Source: Rhodothermales bacterium (lineage in GTDB: Bacteria > Bacteroidota > Rhodothermia > Rhodothermales > BA12). Taken from it: a stretch of DNA of 64,000 bases. The translations under genes and the position numbers were made by a program. The stretch spans positions 381,828 to 445,827 of the forward strand of contig CAWHJN010000003.1 of the NCBI GenBank assembly GCA_963829705.1, read 5' to 3'. Below, piece after piece: positions 1-12,500 of this stretch (position 1 is the stretch's first letter; each line of letters starts with the position of its first letter). The notes beneath the pieces are model-generated. The model had not been told where the DNA came from. It worked only from the letters and a program-made list of their open reading frames with translations, and did not search any database.

Positions 1-3000
1 CCTTCTGGTACAACGACTACGAAGTGCCCGCGAGCGCCTTGCCGGCGGATTACAATGCCGAGGCATGGAACCACTGGGCCGTCACCGTGGACGGCTCGAC
101 GCGCCAGGTCTTCCTCAACGGCGTAGAACTGGCGGGCACGCCCTCGCCTGCTCCCGCTCCGTACGGCGGGCGCGGCCCGCTCCACATCGGCGCATCCGCC
201 TTCAACCCCAACGAAGGGCTGGCTGGCCTGGTCGACGAAGCGCGCCTGTGGAAGGGTGTGCGCACGGCTGAGCAGATCCGAGCAAACATGAACAGGACGC
301 TCAGCGGCGGCGAGAGTGATCTGGTGGCCTACTGGCCGCTGGAGCAGATCAGCGGCAGTGGTCGCACCCGACGTGACGGACGGACGCGCCCACCTGACGC
401 TCACGAACGGCGCGTTCTGGGGCGGCGGCTCGACGGGCCTCGAAGTCTGCGCCACCACCGACGACGACGGCAGCTACACCCACGACGGCCTGCGCTACGG
501 CGAGGGGGCCAAATTCCAGGTGCGCCCCCGCGCCGCGAACCGCGCGTTTCTACCGGCCACGCAGAGCGTCAACCTGACGCCCGAGAGCCAGGTCGAGAAC
601 CAGCTCAACTTCACCGACACGTCGGTCTTCACCTTCGAAGGCCAGGTCACACTCGGCGCAGGCGCGGGTGCGTGCCCCGCCGATTCGGTGGACATCCTCG
701 TGGACGGCCTCTTCAAGACGACCACCAAAGCCGACGGCACATACACGCTCTCTGTCAATCCCACGAGCCCCGACGACCCCGAGAACCGCTCGCGGACGCT
801 CACGGCACAGCGCAAGGGCAGCGACGGCAACACGCTGCTCTTCGCCTTCGCCCCGTCGATGATCGACACGACGGCCACGAAGAACCTCGACGGGCTCAAC
901 TTCGCCGTCACGACCGAGCGTACGCTGAGCGGGTTCGTGGGCGGCTCGTGCAATACCGAACTGGGCACCGTCACGCTGCGCGTCTACACCGAGGACGGCT
1001 GCTTTGACCGGACGGTGCAGGCCAGTCCCAACTACCAGCTCACGCTGCCGCCGCAGAAGTACCTCGTGGACGTGGTGGACGTGCAACTCGCCCAGAACTC
1101 GCCACTCAGCCGGGCAACGGTGCTCGCCTTCTACGACGCGCTCGGCACGCAGATCGTGGACCTGACAGGGGCCGACGCGACGCTCGACCTGCTCTACCGC
1201 GCCCCCGTCGAGGTCATCATCGCCGGGCTGCCCGATCCGCTCCAGCAGTGCACCGCCGGCATCACGGCCGACGGCCGCACACTCGACAACGTGCCGGTGA
1301 TACCGGAATACGACCGCCTGCTGCTCACGATCACCGTGCAGGAGAACTACGGCGGCGGCAACGTGTGCGCCGTGCCGGACGCCGAAGTGCGCATCTTCGA
1401 CGGCATTGCCGACAAGGCGGATCAAGCTCAGGTAGACACGACGGATGCGACGGGTAAGGTGCGCTACCGCACGTTCGCTCGCTCCCCCGAGATCACGTCT
1501 GGGGCCGTCGTGGACGGCGTCGACCGCTCGTACCAGAAATCGCTCTCGGCCGCTGTCAGCGTGCCGGGGCGCGGCACGACGACGGAAACCGTGTGGGCGA
1601 TCGTGGAGGGCTACCGGGAGCGCGAGAGCGAGTTCGTCTCGGCTACGACGGCGGCCTTGCCGCTCATGGTGCTGCACGATCCGCCGGGCTCGAACTCGTA
1701 CGCCTACATCGAAGAGGGCACCACGTCGTGCTCGCGCATCAGCAAGTTCCAGATGACGGGTGGCGGCGCAGGGCCGCTGATCGACACGTCGATCGGCTTC
1801 AAGAACGCCGCCGGCATCTTCATCACCATCGAAAACGGCGCGGCCCTGCTGCTACAGACCAAGACCATCTTCGGGCGCAACGACCAGCGCCTCGACGGGG
1901 GCCCGGACAGCAACATCGAGATCTGCGCGACGACGACCAAGCGTATCAGCACGTCGAGCGACGCCGGCTGGGTGGGCGAAGACCTCATGATGGGCACCGC
2001 GCTCAACCTCAAGTTCGCCCTCGCCGACGATCTCAAGGTCAACCAGTGCCGCATCGACTTCACCGAGAAGCTCGCCACCGACCTCGACGAGGCGCAGCCC
2101 TTTGCGACGACATATGTCTACGGCACCACCCACATCAAGCACTCGCTCATCCCCTCGCTCAAGAACCTCGTCGGGCTCAACGACGCGACGATTGAGGGCG
2201 ACGAGCGTGAGGACGACTTGGGTGATCTCGAAAGGATCAAGCTCTCCGACGCGCTGGCGAACTGGCACCGCTACCTCGCGCTGAACGACAGTACCTCAGA
2301 GGCCTCCTTCACGGGCCGCGCACCTTACGAAAACCGTTCGTTCAGCGGCGCTTCCGAGTTCGAGTGGAGCCGCACGGTCGATACGACGCGCACCCTGCGG
2401 GCGGATGTGACGCAGATCTACATCGACAGCGACAACGCCATCGGAGCCGTCGCCACGATCGTGGGCTACGATTCGAAGTTTGCCGCCGCCTTCGAGGTCA
2501 ATCAGGAGTGGACGACCGAGCGCGACTCGACGCAGCAGAACACCAAAACGGTTGGCTACGTGCTCGCCGACGGCGACGCGGGCGACTTCATGAGCGTCGA
2601 CGTGGGCACCGACCCGACCTACGGCACGCCCACCTTCCGCACCGTCAGCGGACGCACCTCCAACCCCTGGGAGAGCAGCACGCAGCGGCGCGACTGGCCC
2701 GAGATCGCCATCAGTTCGCCCGTGCAGGCGCGGCGTGGCCGCCAACGGCGCGGCCTCCTTCGACGTGACGCTCAAAAACAGCAGCGAGAGCAAGGAGCGC
2801 CGCCAGTACATCCTCGGCCTCGTGGGTGAAGAAAACCGGGGCAACCTCGGCGTGAGGGTCAACGGCGACCTGCTGGGAAGCACCAAGGTGCAGCGCTACA
2901 CGCTCGACCCCGACGAGTCGGTGACGATCAAGATGGAGGCCCTCCGCGCGCCGGGCAACGTCTACGACTACGACGACGTGGCGCTGATTTTCTACCCGCA

Positions 3001-5806
3001 GTGGGAGTACGACTACTGGCTCGGCGACACGCGCTTCCCGGCCACGATGATCGACACGGCACGCTTCAGCGTGTCCTTCACGCCACCGTGCAGCCCCATC
3101 ACGCTGCTCCGTCCTGAAACGGGCTGGGCGCTCAACGCGGACGGCACGGGAACCCTCGAACTCTTCGCGCACGAGTTCGCCATCGCCGCGACGCCGGACA
3201 ACCGCGTGGGCTTCGAGTACCGCCGAGATGGCGGCCCGTGGCAACTGGCGCAGGCACGGACGGGCACCCAACTCGCCGGGGCAACGGAGTACGCCTACAC
3301 CTGGACGCCGCCGGGCGAGGGCACCTATCAGGTGCGCGCTTTCGCGCAGTGCAAGCTCACCAGCGGCGAAATGGCTCGCACCGAAACCGTCCCGGTGGAA
3401 GGCACCGTCAGCCAGACGATGCCGCAGGTGGCCGCTGCGCCGCAGCCCGCCGACGGCGCGCTCAACCTCGGCGACGACGTGGCCATCCGCTTCACGCGGG
3501 CCGTCGACTGCTCGACCGCGAAGACCGACGATGTGGGCGGCTACCGCGCCCTCGGCCTCCGCACCGCCGACAGCACGTTCGTACCGACCGACGCTGTCTG
3601 TGAGGGCAGCGCGATCACGCTCGTGCCGAAGAGCGCGACGTTCTGGGCCGATCACGAAGGGGAAGCCTTCACCGCCTTCGTCTCGCCGCCGCGCCGAAGC
3701 ACGGTGCAGGGCGAGAACAACCGCGTGCTCGCGGGCCTGACGGACGCCGCAGGCAACCCGGTTGCCGAAGCAAGTGGCGACGAGATCACGTCCGAAATCG
3801 CGTGGGACTTCGTCGTGCAGCGCAGCGCGGTGGCCTGGACGCCGTCGAACGTCATGGCGACCGTCACGCCGGACGTGGCCACCACGCTCACGGCGACGCT
3901 CGCCAACGGGCGCGCCACCCCCATCGACTTCACCCTCGACGGGCCGCTCAAACTGGCGAAGCTCGATGCCAGCGGCGTCTCGACGGGCGATTCCGTGGCG
4001 GTTACACCATCGGTCACCGAAGGGGAGATCGTGTCCGGCGGCACACGGCAGGTGAACTTCGCGTGGCCGGGCGCGCTGGATCTGGGTCGCTACCGCGCCA
4101 CCGTGCTCGCCGCGATGCGCGAGGGCACGCAGGCGCTCGGCAGCACACCGCTCGAACTGACCGTCGATGTCTCGTGTGCTCCCCCGCCGTCGTGGTCGTT
4201 GGCGCCGCAGTCGTACGAGTTCTCGATGACGGCCATGATGCAGCTCATGCTGGGCGGCACGGCCTCCACCGACGAGAACGACCGCGTCGCCGCCTTCGTC
4301 GACGGCGAACTGCGCGGCAGTGGGCGCCTGACGCGCTTCGACAACGGGGGGGGTGGGCAGGCCTATTTCGCGCCGCTCTCCATCCACAGCAACCGCGAGG
4401 CCGGCGAGGCCGTCACGATCCAGGTCTGGGACGACTCCGCCTGCCGCCTCTACACCGAGACGAGCGCCGCCTTCGTCTTCGTCGCCGACGCCGAGCGCGG
4501 CACGCCCGCACGGCCCTACACCATCTACGCGCCGATGGGGCCGGGCGGGGCGGCGCTGGTGAACCTGCTGGCCGGGTGGACGTGGCTTTCGACCAACCGC
4601 ACGCCCCCGGATCCGGCCGTGAACGGGGTACTGGAGGATCTCTTCGTGGCCAACGGCGACCTCATCAAGAGCCAGACGCAGTTCGCGCTCTTCGACGAGG
4701 CGGCCGGATGGGCAGGCTCGCTCACGCAGATCGTGCCCGGCCCCGGCTACCTGGCGCACCTGACGGCCTCGAACACGCTCCTGCTCGCGGGCACGCCCGT
4801 CGACGTGGCCGCTACGCCGGTCGCGCTCTCGGCGGGATGGACGTGGGTGGGCTTTCTGCCGCAGGCCTCGTATCCGCTGGATCACGCCTTGCAGAACGTG
4901 ACGGCACAGACGGACGACCTCATCAAGGGGCAGTTCGGCTTCGCGCAGTACCTGGCGGGCTACGGATGGGTGGGGTCGCTCGAAGAGATGCGCCCGGGCG
5001 AGGGCTACATGATGAAGATGCAGCAGCCGGCGACGCTGACCTACCCGAGTAGCCCGCCTGCACCCAGCGTCGCCGCCCGCGCGACCGCCACGGCTCCGGG
5101 CGGCGAGGCGATGAAGGCCGAGCACACCGAAGGCAATGCCATCACGGCGGACGCGCCGGCGTGGACGGTCGATGCGTCGCACTACGAGCACTCGATGTCG
5201 ATCACCGCCACGCTCTCGGTCGAGGGCACCGCCGTGAGCGCGCCCGGCTCGATGGTGGCCGCCTTCGCCGACGGCGCGACCGGCGAGCGCGAAGTACGCG
5301 GCGTGGCCCAGGTGCAGTACGTCGAGGCGCTGCAGCGTCACCTGGTGTTCCTGACGGCCTACAGCAACACCGCCGAGGGCGACAAGCTGACCTTCACGCT
5401 CTACGACGCCGCCAGCGACGAGACGCAAGAGGCGGGCCTGGCGCTCTCGTTCGAGGCCAACGGGGTGGCCGGTACTCTCACGCAGCCCGTGACGCTCGAC
5501 CCGTCGCGCACCACAGACGTGGAGACGGATCTCGGCATTCCGGCGGACTACGTGCTCTCGCCCAGCCAGCCCAACCCGTTCGCCGACAAGGCGGTGCTGC
5601 GCTACGGCGTGCCGCAGAGCGGGCACGTACGGCTCGTCGTCTATGATCTGCTCGGGCGCGAGGTGCGCCGCGTGGTAGATCGGGAGCAGGGGGCTGGCTA
5701 CCACCGGGTGACCTTCGAGGGGAGCGATCTCGCCAGCGGTGTCTACGTGCTGCGTCTGGAGGCAGGCGGGCGCACCGAGACGCAGCGCATGGTCCTCGTC
5801 CGGTGA
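1..5806 (+). CDS. Giant T9SS-sorted cell-surface protein, paralog copy 1. The 5' end is truncated by the window edge and the reading frame breaks at about 355 and about 2730. The C-terminal about 1000 aa is collinear with the gene at 6543..17396.
   Basis: The frame-3 ORF from position 3 (LamG-like motif ..LVAYWPLEQ) continues in frame 1 (316..2829) and then in frame 2 (2735..5806). All three pieces align collinearly with residues about 1700-3617 of the downstream paralog. The C-terminus IPADYVLSPSQPNPF..VYVLRLEAGGRTETQRMVLVR is a T9SS type-A C-terminal sorting domain. Confidence 0.75.
5536..5806 (+). other. T9SS C-terminal sorting domain (CTD) of paralog copy 1
   Basis: About 85 aa C-terminal beta-sandwich motif (PNPF...LRYG...VYD.LGREV...GVY..RLEAGG), typical of Por-secretion substrates. 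Confidence 0.7.
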
Positions 5807-6542
5807 GTGCACGTATGTCCTTGCTGCGAGGCCCTCCTCCGGCGCGGGCGCCGGGCAGCGGTGTTGTGGTGGCACCGTAGCCCGGCGCTCACGCCGGTTC
5901 GTTTTCACGTCTGCTCGCGTGATGCGCCACTTCCGCTTTTTCTCGACGTCTGGCTGTCTGTGCGCGCTGCTGTTCGTGGCCGGAGAGGCCGCCGCGCAGA
6001 CCCCGCGCTCTTCAACGACCCCGTGAGCGGCGAGGCGCACTTCTTGATCGAGTTGACCCTCACCCCCGCGCTCGACTTCGACCGGTGACGACGGCCTCCT
6101 CACCCTCGGACTCCCCTGAACCAGGGCCACGCAACAGGGCCTCCCCGCGTTCGAGAAGCCGCCTCAGAAATCAAAATGGTGTGCGTGCTATGCCGAAGAC
6201 GCTCCACACAGCCCAAGAAACCGATCGGTACAGGTTGATGGGCCTTTCTCGAAACCAGGAAAAACATCTGCATCCTTGCAGCGGAAAGGGTACCCTGTTC
6301 CCGTGCGGTTCTCACCTCTTCCTCGTGAACCCGCATTGCCTTCGCACCGGCCGTTGGCCGCTCTCGCCGCCTTCTCGTGCTGGAGGGCGGATACGATGCG
6401 CGCCTGCCTCGGGGTGCTGCACCCGCGCCGGTGCCCGAGTACGCCCGGCCGCAGCATCCTCTACAGGCTGATCCCGGTTGGATGCACGCCGGCTCCTGCT
6501 TGATGTCGTTCCAGTGCCAACGCTCCCCTATCCCCAACGACC

Positions 6543-9500
6543 ATGCAGACTCTCCCGCGCCACGCTCTACTGGACCGGACGCCTTCGTTGTGCGCGCTCC
6601 TGGTGTTCACGCTCGCCGGATTGACAACCGCCGCACCGGCTTCCGCACAGCGGCTCGATGCGAGCGATGGGCGGTTCCTGCACCGGATCGAACTCGCGTG
6701 GCCGGACTTCGCGCCAGGCGACGCCTACGTGGTTACGCGTGACGGCCATGCGCTTGGATCCGTAGCGAGCGGCACGACGCGCTTCGCCGACTCCGCCCCT
6801 GTCGCCGGGGTGATACACACCTACTGCGTGACGGCAGATGTGCCGGCCCCTGCGCCCCAGCTGTGTGACGACGGTAGCCTGGGCACCGTCACCGCAACGG
6901 ACGGCCTGCTCGAAGACCGCGTCGAGATTCGGTGGCCGGGACCGGATTCTGAGGAGACTATTTTCCGCGTCTACCGCGCCTCTGAGGGGCAGGCGGTGGA
7001 TCGGGCGACGGATCTGATCGGACTGGGGGCGAGCAACGAAACCCTGTTCACCGACCGCGCCGGCGATCCCGGCGTTCTGTACACGTACTGCGTCACGGCC
7101 AGCCTCAACGGCGACCTCGTCTGCGATACGGGACGTCGCATCCTGTTCGCGCCGACGGGCTTCCGCGCCTCGGACGCCACCTACGAAAACCGCATCGCCC
7201 TCACCTGGGCCGACCGCTCCGGCATCGAGGACGGCTACCGGCTCGCGCGTGCGGCGCAGGGCGTGCTCGCCTTCGACGGCGCGAGCGACCACCTGACGAC
7301 GCAGGTAGCCGTCGATCTCTCCGGCTCGTTCACGTTCACTTTCCGCGTGCGCCGCACCCGCACCGGCGCGGAAACCGTGCTGAGTCAGGGCGGCGGCCCC
7401 GCCAGCGGACTCACGATCGGCTTCGACGCCAGCGACCGGGTGCGCGTCGGCTTCGGCGCGAACATGTTGCTCTCCGCCACCCCTCTGACCGACACCGACT
7501 GGCATCATATCGCCGTCACCCACGACGCGGCCACGGGAGACCGCGCCCTGTACGTCGACGGCGTGCTGGCGGGCAGCGACGTCGCCGGAGGTCCCTACAC
7601 CGGACTGGGACCCCTCGTCTTCGGGACACGAGCCTGGGATGCTGGAGAATCTTTCGGCGGTGAACTCGACGAGGTGCGGCAGTGGAAGCGGGCGCTACCG
7701 GCCTCCGAGGCGATCCCCAACACGCTCCTCTCCGGCCAAGAAACCGGGCTGGTCAGCTACTGGCCGTTCGACACAGGCACCGGCACGACAGCCCTGGACG
7801 TCACGGGCGGCAACGACGCAGTCTTCGAGGGCGGCATGGACACCTCGGCGTGGCAGGCGGCACCGGCCTTCGACCTCATCGCGCTGCTCCCCGCCAACGC
7901 CTCCACCTTCCAGGACCAGACGACCGTCGCGGGCCTCCCGTACACGTACCGCGTCGAAGCCTTCGAGTACGCCGCGGGCAGCAGCACCGACTACTTCGTG
8001 TCCGTCGGCGCGACGGTGGCAGGCACGCGGGGCTTCGTGCTCCCCCCGCGCCTCTTCGCCGCCACCGACGGGCAGTACCCGGACCGCGTCGTGCTGACGT
8101 GGATCGACCAGACAGACGCCGAGACAGGCTACCGCATCACGCGCGACGGCGTAGTGATCCTCCCCGACGCGCAGACGGAAACCTTCGCGCGAAACACCAC
8201 CGTCCGGTTCGAGGACACCGGCGCTACGCCCGGCGTGGCGCACACCTACTGCGCCACCACGCTGTCGCTGCTGGGCGACTCGCCCGCGGTCTGCGATACC
8301 GGCGGCATCGGCATTCTCCCGGCTCCGACCACCGTTGCCGCGTCGGACGACACGTTCGACGACCTCGTAGAGATTACCTGGGTGGACGACTCGACGACCG
8401 AAGACGGTTTCCGGGTCTACCGCGACGGCACGCTCGTCACCACCACGACGGCCAACGCCACCTCGTACCGCGACCGCACCGGCTTCGCCGGCGTGCCCTA
8501 CACCTACTGCGTCGCCGCGTTGAGCACCGTCAGCGGGGGCGAGATCGAATCGGCGCAGGTGTGCGACACCGGCCGCCGCATTCCCGTGCTGGCCCCGACA
8601 AACGTGATCGCCAGCGACGGCGCGCACGAAGACCACGTCGAAATCGCCTGGGGCAACCCGTCGCAGGTAGGCACGCTGTTCGTGGTCGAGCGCAGCACCG
8701 GCGGCGGCGCGGCTTCGCCCATCAAGAGCCTGCCCGCCAACCAGCGCCTCTACTTCGACGCCGAGATCGCCTCGGAGACGGTCTACACCTACTGCGTCCT
8801 CACGATGGCCGTGATCGCGGCACCGAGCGCGAGCAGCGCGCCGAACCGGGCGTCGGACGCGGCCCTCGAAGCCTTTCCCGCTGACGAGGCGCTGCTCGCC
8901 GAGATGCGCGCGGCCGTGCTGGAGAGCCCACCTCCCGCCTTCCAGGCGCTTTCGGAGGACGAGCGCGCCCTGCGCGTGAGCGCCCTGACGATGGCCGATT
9001 TCGCACAGTCAGACCGCACCTGCGACACCGGCTTCCGCACCCTGCTCCCTCCCACCGACGTCGCGGCGACGTTCGAGGACAAAGAGGATTACGTCGAGAT
9101 CACGTGGGAGATCGCCTCCAGCGTGGCAGACGGGCACAACGTCTACCGCGACGGCGTGCTGGTGGGCCAGGTGGATGGCGACCGCACCGCACTCCGCGAT
9201 ACCGCCGGAACGCCGGGCCAGACGTTCACCTACACCGTCCGGGCCTTCGATGACAAGGGCGAGTCGGCACCGAGCGCGGGCAAGACGGGCAAGCGCACCC
9301 TTCTCGCTCCCATCGACCTCGCGGCGAGCGACGGTGCGTTCGAGGACCGAGTGACGCTGACGTGGACGGACGAATCGCGCGTGGAGCGCGGCTACCGCGT
9401 CTACCGCGAACACGCCGACGGTACGGGCCGCGTGCTGCTGGGCACGGCGCCCGCGCGCGCACAGACGTACATCGACTCGACGGCCTCGCTGGTGTCCGGC

Positions 9501-12500
9501 ACCGTCTACACCTACCGCGTCGCCGCCTTCGATGGTGCGGGCGAATCCGCCGCCGCCACCGACGCGGGCAGCACCGCCCTGCTCCAGGCGCTCTCCGTCA
9601 GCGCCTCGACGACCTACTTCGACCGCATCACGGTGACCTGGGTGGATGTGTCGGCCACCGAGAGCGGCTACGAAGTGACGCGGCGACGGCGGAGCGCGTC
9701 TACCATCGACAAGACGGAGACGCTGGCGGCAGGCAGCACCCAATTCATCGACACCGACGCCGCGCTCCTGCTCGATGCCGACTACGTGTACTGCGTGCGG
9801 AGCTTCACCACCGACGGGGGTGCGAGGGCCTACGGAGCCAACGTGTGCAGCACGGGCCGCCGCGACAGCAGCGCCGAGCCCATCGGCGAAGTGACCAACC
9901 CGCCACAGGTCGTCACCGTCGCCGGTACCCGCTTCCTGGGCGAAGCCGTCGCCGCGAGCGGGGCGGACGACATTCTGGCGACCGGAGGCGGCAATGCCGC
10001 CCGGTTCTTCAGCAAAAACAACGTGGGTACCTGGACGCTGGCACAGGCCGTGCTGCCCACCGACTTCCTCAGCGGAGTCGGGCTGGCGAGTGTAGGCGTC
10101 GGCATCGAGGGCGACTGTGCAGCGGTGGGCGCGCCGACCTACGAGGACGGCGCGGTGGCGTTCTACCGCCGCACCAACGGCACGTGGGTGTATCGTGATT
10201 TCGCCGAACCGGGTGATGGGGCCTTCGAGCGTGAAGCGTCGTGGGGCGCTGCCGTGGCGCTCGGAGGCGGGCGTGGCATCATGGGCGCACCCGACTACAA
10301 CGACAACGACAACGACCGGGGGCGCGCGGGCGCCGCGCAGTTCGGCCTCCGCAACGCGGATTGCAGCTTCAGCGGACCCGTATGGGATGCGAGAGACGAC
10401 GTCCTGGAACTCACCGAAAACGACTTCTTCGGGACTGCCGTGGACCTCGACGCCACCTATGCCGTCGTCGGCGCGCCGAGTGCGCGCAACGGGCTGGGCG
10501 ATGCCTACATCTTCAACGGCAACACGCTGGAGGCGAAGGACATGCTGCCGTTCAACTTCACCGGCACGACAGGCTCCTTCGGCCGGGCGGTGGGCCTCCA
10601 GGGCGGCTACGCGGCCATCGGCGCCTCCAACGCCGTCTTCCTCTTCCGCCGCAACGACGACGGCACGTGGGTGCAGGTGGCGCGGCTCGTGCCGCCGGTG
10701 CTCACTGCTGGGGACGACTTCGGCGCGTCGCTGGCATTCGTAGACAACCACCTCATCATCGGTGCGCCCGGCTACAACAACGGGGAAGGCGCGGCCTACG
10801 TGTGGCAGCGCGACACCGACCTCGACGCGTGGTTTTACAGCCACCTCCTCACCGTGGACGGCGCGGGCATCGCGGTGCAGGGCAACGCGGGCGACCGCTT
10901 CGGCGCATCCGTCGCCATCGCCGAGGGCTGGTTCGTCGTGGGCGCGCCCAACGACGACGACGCGGGAGCCGACGCCGGGGCTCTCTTCACCTTCCCGTTC
11001 ACCTTTATCCCGCCACCACCGCCGTCGTCTATCGTCCCGCCGGGCACCCTGACGGCGTCCGACGGGCTGGCGCAGGATGCCATCCAGCTCCGGTGGAACG
11101 ACACCTCGACCGACGAGACGGGCTTCAACATCTACCGCAGCGACCAGGGCGGCTCCATCGCCACGGTCGAGCCCAACCAGGAGGCATACCGCGACTTCAC
11201 CGCCGTGCCCGGCCGGGCGTACCGCTACTGCATCGAGGTGCAGACGCCGGGGGGCGTCTCGGAGCAGGTGTGCGACGTGGGGCGACGGCCCAGCAACGGC
11301 ACCATCAGCGGGCGCATCGTTGCGCGCAGCGGGTCGGGCGTGGGCGGCTCCGAGGTGTGCATCGCCCCCAGCCCCAACGACGCGCTCTTGCTCGACGGCG
11401 TCGGCGGGTTCGTGGAGATCCCCAACCGCCCCGCGTTCAACTTCGACACCGCGGACGATTTCACCATCGAGGTGTGGCTCAAGTACAGCGGCACCGCGGG
11501 CCCCTCCGGACCTGCACAGGCCAGCATCCTGGAGATGGGCGACAACCGCGGGACGGCCATCCCCTTCGCGCTCCGCACGGGTCTCCGCTCTGATCCTGGT
11601 AAACTGGTGCTGCTGCGCGAGGGCGGCGGGATCATCCGCAGCGTCGGCTCGACGCGCAACGACCTCAACGACAACACGTGGCACCACGTCGCCGTCGTCC
11701 ACGACGGCGCGGCGAAGTCTTTCACGATGTACATCGACGGCGCCCAGGATGCCACAGCGACCTACACGACGCTCGGCAGTACGAAAAATGCGTATCCGCT
11801 GTACTTCGGGCGGCGCGGCAACCTGGCCACCAGCTGGTACGGTGGACAGATGGACGAGGTACGCATCTGGAACGAGGCCCGCACCGCCGCCGACATCCAG
11901 GCCACGATGCGCATGCCCCTGGCCGGATCGGAAGACGGACTCGTCGGCTACTGGCCGCTCGAACTGCGTAGCGGCGACCTCATCGTGGACCTGACCCCGA
12001 ACGCGAGCTACGGCACGCGCAAGGGCGGCGCGTTCTCCAGCGCCGACGGCGCGCCCCTCGACACCTGCGCCCCCACCGACGAAGAGGGCAACTACACCCT
12101 CAACCGGATCAGCTACGGGGTTTCCACCGACTTTCAGGTGACGCCCATGCAGCAAGACCGGGCGTTCGAGCCGGTCTTCAAGAGCATCACGCTGAGCACG
12201 GAAAACGCCGTGCAGAACGAGGTCATCTTCACCGACATCACCGCCGTCACACTCGCGGGCACGGTCGTCTACCCGTCGCCCTTCGACGCCTCGACGTGCC
12301 CTGTGCCGGACGTGGCGCTCTACGTCGGCAAGCCCGGCGAGGAGCGGCTGCCGCGCACGTCGACCGAGCAGGACGGGGCCTTCAGCCTCAACCTCGACCT
12401 GGGGCAGTACGTCGCCGAGCCCCGCTACGGCGAGGGGGCCGCGGAGCACACGTTCAGCCCCGCGTCGGCAACGGTCAACCTGTCCGGCGACGTGACGCTC

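Noticed and set aside
2711-6130. 1139-aa ORF on the minus strand, plus the similar long antisense ORFs at 9009..12665 (-), 14670..17408 (-), 19666..21729 (-) and 17597..18817 (+)
   Set aside because: They lie antisense to well-supported genes (giant adhesins, flotillin, phhA). Their Arg/Gly/Ala-rich, low-complexity translations are typical of stop-poor frames in about 67% GC DNA. No motifs or homology.
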